Assembly (NCBI GenBank): GCA_963809665.1
Contig: CAWEKC010000004.1
Span: forward strand, 1 to 35,171
Length of the DNA: 35,171 bases
Source of the DNA: Candidatus Gottesmanbacteria bacterium
GTDB taxonomy: Bacteria; Patescibacteriota; Microgenomatia; UBA10105; UBA927
Direction of reading: 5' to 3'
Under the pieces are notes generated by a model. The model was not told where the DNA came from. It saw nothing but the letters and a program-made list of their open reading frames with translations, and did not search any database. This document shows, one piece after another, positions 1 to 8,858 of the stretch; the first letter of the stretch is position 1; each line of letters starts with the position of its first letter. The translations under genes and the position numbers were made by a program.

Positions 1-634
1 ATTTGTTTTTATGTTCGGCCACCATGGAAGCGTCACCGCGATAATGACCGGGTAAAATACGGAAGTAAAATGGATATGAAAAGATAAACCCAACATGACG
101 GCAAGCCATGGGATATTATCACCCTTTCCCCGGAGAACTTCATATAAATAATAAAACAGCAGGAGTCCGATAGAAGGAATAAAATTTATCGGCACCTGCC
201 CCCCGGTCGGAAAATATAAAATACACAGATATAGCGTTTATACCCGATGCTATCAAAGCCGTTTTTGATCCGAATAACCTCCGGGTAACGGCATATAATT
301 ATACCGAAATTAATACTAGCCGATACAAGAGCAATAATCGGGGAAGCAATAAAATGTAAATTCGTTATCCAGTAAAAAAAGGCAACATAGTAATAATAGA
401 GGGGGCCGATGGTGATCGATGACATTTTGGCAGCCGGGCCTTCTAAAGGAAAATTGTGCTCAGCAATAATTCGGTAGGCAGCCCACGCATTGTTTACCTG
501 ATGGAACGAATTTGAGTACGTTGTTTGAATTCATAAACCCGGAAGAAAAGGAAAAGTAAGCAAATAATGACACCCACAATGATCGTGATGAGTTTCCGGT
601 TTACGTTTACACCTGTAATTGTTGAGCGTTTCAT
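1..634 (-). CDS. ArnT/PMT-like (GT-C fold) membrane glycosyltransferase, N-terminal part; two apparent frameshifts (~503 and ~299); runs off the window start
   Basis: ATG at 634 overlaps the upstream TGA (ATGA). Joining frames gives MKRSTITG..TM..RVYEFKQRTQ / QVNNAWAAYRIIAEHNFPLEGP..GPLYYY.. / LYAVTRRLFGSKTALIASGINAIS..LGLSFHIHFT, the usual ArnT-family layout. Confidence 0.7.
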
Positions 635-2223
635 AAAGGTAACTTTTCGCCGCAGGGCAGGGCAAGGTACGCTTTGTAGACGGAATCCAGATATTTTATC
701 GGACAATAACCCGCCGGAAGAAATGATGTCGGGTTTGTTACGACAAGCGGGCGATTTTCTGCAATATATGTAAGTGTACGGGGGAGAAAATCAGGATAGA
801 CTGCCCACATGAATTGGGCTGCATACAAATATAACGGACGGATATTTGTCATGTGATCGTATAGTGACGGCCAGAGTCCGTCCCCGCTGAGATTTACGAC
901 AGAGCCTTTGGGATTATTTTTGAAATATGACGTCAGTGAATTGTCAAAATCCGTAATATACTGCTTTTCGCGGGCAGTAACCCGTACGCCATGAAGAACC
1001 GCCGGATACGAAAGCGTTTCATATGACGCGGATAGTTTTTCTTTTCCTGCAAGAACCCTCGTGGAAATATCGGGATAAAAAAGAATACATAATCCTACTA
1101 TTGTAATTACTATAGCAAGCGGGACCGAGTTCTTTTTAAAAATAGACAGGATAAATCGTACCAATTCATAACAAAATAACGCCAGAACCCCGAACATCGG
1201 TGTGCTTCCCCAGTAGATATGACGGTAATCTATCATCGGGTAGTACTGGGTCCACGAGGCCAGCGCAACAAGTGTAAGTAACAAGACTTTTGTTACGTGG
1301 TTATGGTTATCCTTCTTGCGGAAAAAACAATACTGTACGAATACGATAACAGATGTAATGGGGAGTAGTACCCACAATTCGACCGGGCTGGTAACAAAAA
1401 TAGGGTTTGACAGTGGGAAGAACGTGATTTTGAGGAGGTTCAGTAATTCACCGATTGAGTTAAATTGAGTGGCAAGCAATGTCCCGAGCACAAATGATTG
1501 TTTCCACCAATCCGGTATGCTGTGATTGGCGGCCAGCCAAACTGTAATGAGAAGGGCGACGGCAATAATTCCCGACATCAACCCGGCAATATCATTCACC
1601 GTTTGTTTCAGGGACAGTTTGCGCGCAATAGCGAGAATTATAAAAAATGCGATTATTCCGAACGCGGTAAATACGCCGACCGTTTGACGGGTATAAAAAA
1701 CGCACGCTGTTGCTACACCGGCAGAAATAAGATACGACATCCGTTTATTTTCCAACCAGAGAATAAGAAGATATACGGCAACAAGCTGGAAGAACTGGGC
1801 ATATACCGATGACCAGATAAGAAACGGCCAGAAAAAATAGGGAGCTAAAAACAGCCAGAGAATTACGGTTATAAATGCTATCGGTTTCGGAAGAACGCGT
1901 TTATATATGAGGTACTGCAATACGGCAATACCCCCGTAAAACGCAGCTGTGAGCAGTTTCAGCGTTACAAGATATCTGCCGAAGAGCATGAGGGCGCCGG
2001 CCTGTATGAGCGTAGCCAAAGCCCCGTACGTAGTCAATGAATCACGGAAAAGCATGAGGCCCCGTGAGACATCCAGTGCCGGTTTTAACATAGCCCCGTC
2101 ATGGCGGGCATCAATACCGATGACGGAAAAGCTGCCGGCGATGATAAATGTAAGGATAAATAGAAATACTGAAAGTATGAAGTCGGATGATATATGAATT
2201 TTTTTAGACAAAAGTCTGCGCAT
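631..2223 (-). CDS. Multi-pass membrane protein, probable GT-C-fold glycosyltransferase
   Basis: 530 aa with many TM segments, an acidic motif after TM1 (DARHDG..LFRD...YG) and a soluble C-terminal domain. Confidence 0.6.
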   Translation of the reverse strand: MRRLLSKKIHISSDFILSVFLFILTFIIAGSFSVIGIDARHDGAMLKPALDVSRGLMLFRDSLTTYGALATLIQAGALMLFGRYLVTLKLLTAAFYGGIAVLQYLIYKRVLPKPIAFITVILWLFLAPYFFWPFLIWSSVYAQFFQLVAVYLLILWLENKRMSYLISAGVATACVFYTRQTVGVFTAFGIIAFFIILAIARKLSLKQTVNDIAGLMSGIIAVALLITVWLAANHSIPDWWKQSFVLGTLLATQFNSIGELLNLLKITFFPLSNPIFVTSPVELWVLLPITSVIVFVQYCFFRKKDNHNHVTKVLLLTLVALASWTQYYPMIDYRHIYWGSTPMFGVLALFCYELVRFILSIFKKNSVPLAIVITIVGLCILFYPDISTRVLAGKEKLSASYETLSYPAVLHGVRVTAREKQYITDFDNSLTSYFKNNPKGSVVNLSGDGLWPSLYDHMTNIRPLYLYAAQFMWAVYPDFLPRTLTYIAENRPLVVTNPTSFLPAGYCPIKYLDSVYKAYLALPCGEKLPL

Positions 2224-2229
2224 GAAGGT

Positions 2230-2238
2230 ATTATATCA
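2230..2238 (-). promoter_or_regulatory. Extended -10 promoter (TGATATAAT), leaderless position
   Basis: Minus strand reads TGA-TATAAT-accttc-ATG(2223). Confidence 0.6.
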
Positions 2239-2266
2239 AGAAATAATTGCTGTTAGATCTTTGCGT

Positions 2267-4195
2267 TTAATTCCGGACCTTATAAATGACATTATTTTCC
2301 GTTTCATATACTTTAATTAAATTCAGTTTTCCGATTTTGGTCTCCCTTACATTATTTTTTGAAATATATATGTAAGAAATTCCGTTGGATGTTAATTCTT
2401 TCTTAACCTGGTCGAGATTATTTCCGAAAAAGATGTTATTCTTTATATCATACCTCTGTAAAAGTAGTTCGTCGCTGATTACCCCCGGCAATCCGGCAGT
2501 ACAAGTATATGTCGGGCGATTCCCGAATATTGTGATTAACAGGCAATCCAAATTTGTATCGTCGTATACCATGATCACACTGCCTTGTTTTGTACCGGAA
2601 AAATATATGTAAGCCTGCAATATATCGTTTGGTATCAATAAACCTTCTCGGTGTATTGTTCTTTCCATCTGCCTGTAAGTGGCATATACAGTCCTGGCTG
2701 AAGTTAAGAGAATTATTACAATTGCCGCCGTTAGGGCAATCAAGCGGGGGAATTTATTCAGCCACCATGAAACTGATAATGCGGCAAATATCGTACCTAC
2801 GATATAGATTGATATGAGGAATTGCGATGAATTTGCACCGCCGGTTTGCTGAAGAAAGAAAAATCCTGAAATACCTGTGCATAGGAGCCCTCCTACAAGC
2901 AGAGTAATGAAATCTTTCGGGATTCTTTGTAATGAACCCCTTGTTTGTAAAAGACCCATAAGAAGGGTTCCTGTTGAAAAGAAGATATATAGGAATCCGA
3001 AAAGCACATCATAGAGAGATGCCCTGATGACATCGTATTGTTCAAATAACGATCTGCGAGCCAACTCTAAATGTGATAAGCCGAGTGACGGCTGAACGAC
3101 AAAATCCTCGAACCGCCAGAAACCCGAGAACACCAACCCGCCTGCGTCTCTATTCACAAGAGTATAGAGAATTCCGGAAACCACAAAGATAAGAAGTATT
3201 GGTATTATTGCTGAATATTTTTTATTCAGGAAATATATGATTCCGAGTATGGCAAACCCGCATAGGACAAACAATCCTACATATACCTTAAAACCAATGA
3301 TGCTTCCGAGTACAACCCCCATAATGAGCCCTGAATAGATATCCTTCTTTTTTAACCAATATACAAATAAAGTCAGACCGGAAAGCAGGACGATAAGCGC
3401 ATAAAATCTGGGAGGACTTATCCAGAGGGTGGAAGCATTTTCGAGCGTCGTTAAGGAAAAATTAATGCCGTGACCGGTAATGAGCGGTAAAAGAAAAATA
3501 ATGTCACCGGAGAAATACAGGAAAAATGTCAGCCAGAAGGTAAACCGTCTACCTAAGTATAGAGCTTCCGCTAGTGCAAACGCCGATATGCCGAGCAGCA
3601 CTGAGAACAGAACCGTCATGTATTGATACTGTGTGCTGATAAGCGGCAGGCTGAAAACACGTACGAGGTCGGCGACCCCCAGGTTCGAAAGATAATGGTA
3701 GTTGGTAAGCGCGATTCCGCTGAACCCCGGTTCGTTCGGAGGAAATTGCCGCACAAGCTCCTGTGTTAACGATGTGTGCGTAATCGTATCCGGTATGCCA
3801 CAGCAGAAATAGACGCCGCCGGGTACGCTGATACCGTTTGCCCATATGGATGCGAGTTGTATAAGTGTTCCGACGAGTATGACAATGCTCAGAGCGATAT
3901 TAGGTTTTATACGGTTTGTTAATATGAACATCCGGTAGTGTTTAGACTTTAACCACAAAATCAGGCACAGCGGGGGGTACAGGTACATGAGGATCCGCAG
4001 ATGAAGATAGCCGAGAATAAATCCCGATAGAGACCACAAGACAAACCCCGTTACGATACTGAGTAGTATTTCGGTAAGGAGGGAGACGTTGAGCCTGCGG
4101 ATAATGAGGTTCCCGGGGACAAAAAATGCAAGAAAGACCGCAACGAAAAAATATAAAAAATAAAACCAGAACAATGGATTAGTAAGCGGGTACAT
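2267..4195 (-). CDS. Multi-pass membrane protein, probable GT-C-fold glycosyltransferase
   Basis: 642 aa; D-x3-H loop, FPP.EPG, NYHY and GFKVY motifs; C-terminal soluble domain ending ISYIYI..KVYE..VIYKV. Confidence 0.6.
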   Translation of the reverse strand: MYPLTNPLFWFYFLYFFVAVFLAFFVPGNLIIRRLNVSLLTEILLSIVTGFVLWSLSGFILGYLHLRILMYLYPPLCLILWLKSKHYRMFILTNRIKPNIALSIVILVGTLIQLASIWANGISVPGGVYFCCGIPDTITHTSLTQELVRQFPPNEPGFSGIALTNYHYLSNLGVADLVRVFSLPLISTQYQYMTVLFSVLLGISAFALAEALYLGRRFTFWLTFFLYFSGDIIFLLPLITGHGINFSLTTLENASTLWISPPRFYALIVLLSGLTLFVYWLKKKDIYSGLIMGVVLGSIIGFKVYVGLFVLCGFAILGIIYFLNKKYSAIIPILLIFVVSGILYTLVNRDAGGLVFSGFWRFEDFVVQPSLGLSHLELARRSLFEQYDVIRASLYDVLFGFLYIFFSTGTLLMGLLQTRGSLQRIPKDFITLLVGGLLCTGISGFFFLQQTGGANSSQFLISIYIVGTIFAALSVSWWLNKFPRLIALTAAIVIILLTSARTVYATYRQMERTIHREGLLIPNDILQAYIYFSGTKQGSVIMVYDDTNLDCLLITIFGNRPTYTCTAGLPGVISDELLLQRYDIKNNIFFGNNLDQVKKELTSNGISYIYISKNNVRETKIGKLNLIKVYETENNVIYKVRN

Positions 4196-4242
4196 GGTAT
4201 GATTTCGGGTACCTTTTAAATAGTTCCTTAAAGTATATCATT

Positions 4243-4590
4243 ATGAATCAGGAAATGAATGAAGGGAAAGTTCCGGAAGGATCACATACCTACCGCGAGC
4301 TCTGCGTAACATTTTTCGAGATAAAAATGGGTGTTGCGGCATACACGCATAAACCGTTTACGCAAACACTTATTGATCATCTTCCGCCTATGGTCAGGTT
4401 AGCAAATGAACAGAGGATAAAGGAACTCGGTTTTAACGCGAACATAACGGACCGGCTACGGTCTATCGCGGAAAACAATAAATCGTTTGAAAAGATTATT
4501 CCGGCCGACGCGTATGAACGGGCTATTAAAGGAAGTTCCTCACGTAAGGATGTACTACAGCCAAGCCGACGCCGACAGAAAGACAAATAA
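4243..4590 (+). CDS. Hypothetical protein
   Basis: 115-aa ORF filling the intergenic space, divergent from the previous gene. Confidence 0.6.
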   Translation: MNQEMNEGKVPEGSHTYRELCVTFFEIKMGVAAYTHKPFTQTLIDHLPPMVRLANEQRIKELGFNANITDRLRSIAENNKSFEKIIPADAYERAIKGSSSRKDVLQPSRRRQKDK

Positions 4591-4614
4591 TCCTGAGTAT
4601 GCTATTTTGAGTAT

Positions 4615-5937
4615 ATGGACTATCTTCTCCGTCCCGACGTCCTCCTGGTGTTTACGTACGCTCCTGCGGGTCTAGGGCATCTGCGGGTCACGGACGCCCT
4701 GCACGACGGGCTGCCGGAGGGCGCCCATTCCGTATTGTTAGGCGCTGATGATACGCGTATCACGTACTGGCACCGGCTCATGAGTATTAATCCGGCGCTG
4801 CGCGGGATCATGGAATGGTTCCAGCTGGATGCGCAGCAGCAGTGGTTTAGCAAGCTGTATGTATTCGCCCTTGCGCATGTAACCGGGCATCTTTACCGGC
4901 AGATGGAGCACCTTATCCGCGAGCAGTGGGCGGACAAAAAAATTATGGTTGTCCTTTCCACACATTTCGGTTTAGCCCACCAGATTGCCGCCATTCGGAG
5001 GAAGCTTGAGAAAAACTTCAACATGAAAATTATCCTGGTCGTCCAGGTGACAGACGCTACATCCATGAAAATCTGGTATGTGGATGGCGCCGACCTTATC
5101 GTCGTACCGAGCGAAAAAGTAAAGCAGGAACTGGCGCAATATGCACCGAAAAACAGCGTGTATACGACCGATATTGCCGTCCTCCCGTATCCGTTGGGTA
5201 AGACACTGATGATGAGGTTGACCACCACTGAGTATACGCAACGGCTGCAGGAATATACCCAGGGACTTGGTGCAACGATTCACGTGGTCGTCCCGGTTTC
5301 GGGAGCCGCCGTGGGTCTGGGGTATTATACGGAACTTATAGACCAGCTGGCACGGCGCTCGGCACGCTTCCGGATACATCTGGTTGCCGGCAACTCGGTG
5401 CATACCGCCATGTTTATCAATTCCATGAAAGCCAGAGGGAACGTACTCCTCGTCTCCGGTAGTTCGGACAAAGAAATCGTGGATAATTATGAAAAAGTCT
5501 ACGGGCAGGACGTGATAGCTTTGGAAATCGTCAAACCAAGCGAACAATCGTTTAAAGCGCTGCTATCTCCCGACCAGCGTGGAGGGGTAATATTGCTTTT
5601 CACGGCACCGGTCGGGAAGCAGGAGGAGGACAATCTCAGGTTCCTCATAGACCACAAACTCATCCCGGGCGACGACCAACAGCAGAAGTTATACGACGAT
5701 GCGGCAAGTGGTAAAACTCAAGTGGACATGAATTGTCCGTGGAGGGCGCTCCGGCTGACAAACGATCCGGCCCGCGATGTTGCGTTTATCGGCTGGTGCA
5801 TCCATGCCGGTGTGTTTTCAAACATGGCTATACGGCGGGACACCCAAAACCCGGATCCGGAATTGGCTGCCAACGGCGTTAGCGCAATTCTGGGAAAAAG
5901 TAGACCAGCTGGTGCAGGAGAAACTCAGGTAGTTTAG
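4615..5937 (+). CDS. Hypothetical protein with GT-B-like N-terminus (GxGH motif as in GT28/MGDG-synthase-like enzymes); C-terminus probably frameshifted near 5881
   Basis: YAPAGLGHLRVTDAL, STHF, QVTD and KPSE motifs. The alternative frame after NGV reads AQFWEKVDQLVQEKLR*. Confidence 0.55.
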   Translation: MDYLLRPDVLLVFTYAPAGLGHLRVTDALHDGLPEGAHSVLLGADDTRITYWHRLMSINPALRGIMEWFQLDAQQQWFSKLYVFALAHVTGHLYRQMEHLIREQWADKKIMVVLSTHFGLAHQIAAIRRKLEKNFNMKIILVVQVTDATSMKIWYVDGADLIVVPSEKVKQELAQYAPKNSVYTTDIAVLPYPLGKTLMMRLTTTEYTQRLQEYTQGLGATIHVVVPVSGAAVGLGYYTELIDQLARRSARFRIHLVAGNSVHTAMFINSMKARGNVLLVSGSSDKEIVDNYEKVYGQDVIALEIVKPSEQSFKALLSPDQRGGVILLFTAPVGKQEEDNLRFLIDHKLIPGDDQQQKLYDDAASGKTQVDMNCPWRALRLTNDPARDVAFIGWCIHAGVFSNMAIRRDTQNPDPELAANGVSAILGKSRPAGAGETQVV

Positions 5938-5948
5938 CAGGTACATAC

Positions 5949-5977
5949 TTGCCGGAATACACCGTATCGGATATAAT
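5949..5977 (+). promoter_or_regulatory. Sigma70-type promoter TTGCCG-N17-TATAAT
   Basis: Hexamers at 5949-5954 and 5972-5977, 14 nt upstream of ATG 5992. Confidence 0.6.
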
Positions 5978-5991
5978 ACTATTTTCCGCTT

Positions 5992-6204
5992 ATGCCGATA
6001 GAACGTAAAGTTTTAGACGAAGTTATAGAACGATACAAGGAAATGGGAGGCACCGTGTTGTCAGCCCCGCCCGTACATTGCCCGCTCAACCGCGGGTGTG
6101 CCAGAGTAAATAAGCCGTCGTGCAGGATAGACCATTGTCAGAAGCAGACCATTTTTAAAGCACAGCTCACGGAAACTACACAGGCGCCTGAAGTAGTTGG
6201 ATAA
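5992..6204 (+). CDS. Small Cys-containing hypothetical protein
   Basis: 70 aa, Cx5Cx7Cx4C, with its own promoter. Confidence 0.55.
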   Translation: MPIERKVLDEVIERYKEMGGTVLSAPPVHCPLNRGCARVNKPSCRIDHCQKQTIFKAQLTETTQAPEVVG

Positions 6205-6246
6205 CCATAGTTTGTTAAATTTTGTTTCTTGTGATAGTACTAGAGT

Positions 6247-6831
6247 ATGGCTGAAAATAAAAATGATAATCCCGTAACTCCTGCCAACCCCGAAGGGTTT
6301 GAACCTCTGGATTTGAGCGGAATGCAGCAGGGTTCCAAGCCTAAGGAGATAAAATCACCCGCAGATCAGGAATTTAATGCAGTGTATGTATCATTGAAAT
6401 CGGCTGTGGAACGGGGAGACGTGGAAGGGTATGTGAGGGGCCTGGATAAACTTACCCAGGTAATGCGGGCTGAAGTTATCGGGTACCATGCGCCTCCGAA
6501 ATTCGGAGATTTGCACCATACATTTATGGAATGGCAGGCCCGTAACCGTTACTTCACCACATCGGAATCAGATAGGCTTAAATCAGGGACCGATGTAAGT
6601 AAACTCTCGGACACCTTAGATAATAACTTTAAACCGCACCATGATTTTCCGGGAGACAGGACAATGGCGGATAATTCTAAAAATTTTGGCGGGGCGGTTG
6701 CAGAATATCTTAATAAACGGGGGAACGGGTTCATTACGGGATCAGTAGCCCCTGGAGAAACAGAACGTAACAGCGCATTTATGGTTAAAACCCTCTTCAA
6801 GGGGTTTGTCAAAACTCCTATGGGTAAATAG
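6247..6831 (+). CDS. Hypothetical protein
   Basis: 194-aa ORF with a disordered-looking N-terminus, convergent with SRAP. Confidence 0.65.
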   Translation: MAENKNDNPVTPANPEGFEPLDLSGMQQGSKPKEIKSPADQEFNAVYVSLKSAVERGDVEGYVRGLDKLTQVMRAEVIGYHAPPKFGDLHHTFMEWQARNRYFTTSESDRLKSGTDVSKLSDTLDNNFKPHHDFPGDRTMADNSKNFGGAVAEYLNKRGNGFITGSVAPGETERNSAFMVKTLFKGFVKTPMGK

Positions 6832-6836
6832 GTCCG

Positions 6837-7499
6837 TTACTCAGGCTGAATGATGCTGCGGTCATCATTTTCCGGATTATTGACGCGGGTGGATATGCGG
6901 ATCCCCAGCATGGTGCTTTCGTCGTATGATTTCAACAGATCCGTGAGTGCAACGGAATTTTGCGAATCGTCCAGCCACGTATCTTCATCCGGTTCGGGAA
7001 GAATGACAGGCATACGAGGATGGATTTTCCCGACCACGCCGTTTGCCTGGCACGTGACGATGGCGCACGTTTTGAATTCTTTTCCCTCGGCGTCTTTCCA
7101 AATATCCCAGATGCCGGCGAATGCGAAAACCGGACGGCTTTTCAGTTTAAAGTAGTACGGCCACTTTGTCCCGTCATCCAGTCTTGCCCATTCATAAAAA
7201 CCTATGGCAGGTATGAGGCACCGCTGTTTGCGGAATGAAAAACTGTAGGCAGGGGACGTGGTGATAGTTTCCGCCCGCGCATTGATATTGGAGAACTTTA
7301 CCTTGAATTCACGGCTCCAGTGGGGGATTAAACCCCATTTCATCAGGACCGCGCTGTTGGGCGATTGCCGGATGACCGTGGGCAAGAACATTCCCGGCGA
7401 GACGTTGTAGTGGGGGGAAAGTTTGAGTTCCAGCTGCCGGACGTTGAACCGGCGCTGAAATACGGGTTTCTCGATATCAAACGCAAACCGTCCGCACAT
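6837..7499 (-). CDS. SOS response-associated peptidase (SRAP; YedK/HMCES family abasic-site crosslinking protein)
   Basis: N-terminal MCGRF (Cys2), WGLIP, INARAET, RCLIPAIGFYEW, HPRMPVIL. Confidence 0.95.
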   Translation of the reverse strand: MCGRFAFDIEKPVFQRRFNVRQLELKLSPHYNVSPGMFLPTVIRQSPNSAVLMKWGLIPHWSREFKVKFSNINARAETITTSPAYSFSFRKQRCLIPAIGFYEWARLDDGTKWPYYFKLKSRPVFAFAGIWDIWKDAEGKEFKTCAIVTCQANGVVGKIHPRMPVILPEPDEDTWLDDSQNSVALTDLLKSYDESTMLGIRISTRVNNPENDDRSIIQPE

Positions 7500-7505
7500 G
7501 AGCTA

Positions 7506-7514
7506 ATTTTATCA
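7506..7514 (-). promoter_or_regulatory. Extended -10 promoter (TGATAAAAT), leaderless position
   Basis: Minus strand reads TGA-TAAAAT-tagctc-ATG(7499). Confidence 0.55.
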
Positions 7515-7543
7515 CAGGAAGGGAAGTCTCCCAGTATTAATTC

Positions 7544-7876
7544 TTACGGCGTAGGAGTCGGGGTGAGTGTAGGCGTAGAAGTGGGAGTAGTTCCTCCTGT
7601 TGGCGTTGGTGTCGGCGTGAGTGCGGGTGTGTCAGTCGGCGTGGCCGCCGGTTTGGTTGTGGGAGTCGCCGTAGGCTTTACCGTTGCGGTGGGTGTAACC
7701 TTCAAGGTTGCAGTGGGGGTAGCTGTTACCGTTACTGTAATTGTGGGTGTGGGTGCTAAAGTAGGTGTCGGCGTAGCGGTTTCCGTTTGTCCTTTACCAG
7801 AGAGGAAAAGAAAGTACCCGATTGCCCCGAGAATTATTCCAACAACGACCGCCGAGATAATTTTTTTCCAGTTCAT
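7544..7876 (-). CDS. Membrane-anchored Thr/Pro-rich (mucin-like) surface protein
   Basis: N-terminal TM helix followed by ~80 aa of TPT/TAT repeats running to the stop. Confidence 0.8.
   Translation of the reverse strand: MNWKKIISAVVVGIILGAIGYFLFLSGKGQTETATPTPTLAPTPTITVTVTATPTATLKVTPTATVKPTATPTTKPAATPTDTPALTPTPTPTGGTTPTSTPTLTPTPTP
7547..7787 (-). repeat. Low-complexity Thr-Pro coding repeat
   Basis: TPTPT/TATPT units, degenerate at the DNA level. Confidence 0.7.
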
Positions 7877-7955
7877 ACCGTACTCTATGGGTAGTATACA
7901 CTACGGCGTCAATGAAAGGTATTGTTCTTTCCGCCACATAGTATAATCCGTATCC

Positions 7956-8210
7956 ATGACGGAACGGTGCGTCTTTACCGATATAAATTTTCAACAAGCC
8001 TCAATTCCGTTTTATAGAGGCTTTAACGGGGAATGTTTTGCGAGACCCGGCAATGAGATGAACGACTGTTGTTTCCAGGCTGCGCAGCGTCTGATCCTGC
8101 TGGGGAACAATAATATCGTACTTAAAGCTGCTGAATCATTAACAGGAAAAGCTAAATCCCAAACATCAAGGCTACATGGATTAACCGGTGCACTAAACGA
8201 ACACGCTTAG
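7956..8210 (+). CDS. Hypothetical protein (possibly prematurely stopped; frame stays open to 8273)
   Basis: 84 aa, TATAAT 8 nt upstream of the ATG. Confidence 0.55.
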   Translation: MTERCVFTDINFQQASIPFYRGFNGECFARPGNEMNDCCFQAAQRLILLGNNNIVLKAAESLTGKAKSQTSRLHGLTGALNEHA

Positions 8211-8279
8211 CAGTTGCCCCTACCAAACAACCCACCGGACGTTTCCGATTGGCTGAACGTTATAAAACAATAGATCAAT

Positions 8280-8843
8280 TTATTTCTTTTTTAAGGAATA
8301 GCTGTACAGAACGTCATTCGGGAAGGAAAGCTGTGAATAATATGACCGGTGGGGTCCGGTTACCGGCCTCGTAACCTGCGTCGTCGGGTCCAGATCAAGA
8401 AACGAATGTTCGTGGAGTACATCACATATTATGCCGATATTGTCCCTTTGTTCCGTTATAGCAAGCACCCCGCGCGGCTTGAGTATCCGGCTTGATTCTC
8501 TGAGGGCATGTACATACTCTTCCGGCTCATTTGCCAGTGCGCTCCACATGTGATTAATTTCAATCCTGTCAACGGAATTGTCGGCGAAGGGGAACAGTAC
8601 CGGCTGTCCCATTTTATGCTCGATGAAATGGAGATTCGGGTATCCTTTATGAAACAATTGTGCTTCGGGTCGGGGTATCTGCATGTCAAGCACAACATAA
8701 TTGACGGTGGGATTTTCCTTGGCGAGTTTTGTTGCGCGCAGGTTGTTGATGGAATCCATTACCGGTCCGCCGTGGCCTAAACCCGGCTGCCAGTCCGGCC
8801 CGCCGCCGAAATCCACTATGAATCGTTTTTCCGGGTTATTCAT
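8280..8843 (-). CDS. Class I SAM-dependent methyltransferase-like protein
   Basis: IVDFGGG (motif I-like), FPFADNSVD, SRILKPRGVL. Confidence 0.7.
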   Translation of the reverse strand: MNNPEKRFIVDFGGGPDWQPGLGHGGPVMDSINNLRATKLAKENPTVNYVVLDMQIPRPEAQLFHKGYPNLHFIEHKMGQPVLFPFADNSVDRIEINHMWSALANEPEEYVHALRESSRILKPRGVLAITEQRDNIGIICDVLHEHSFLDLDPTTQVTRPVTGPHRSYYSQLSFPNDVLYSYSLKKK

Positions 8844-8858
8844 ACGCGATACTGTAAT

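Noticed and set aside
7365-7946. 193-aa Val/Gly-rich ORF on the + strand
   Set aside because: Antisense shadow of the Thr/Pro repeat gene, and it overlaps SRAP
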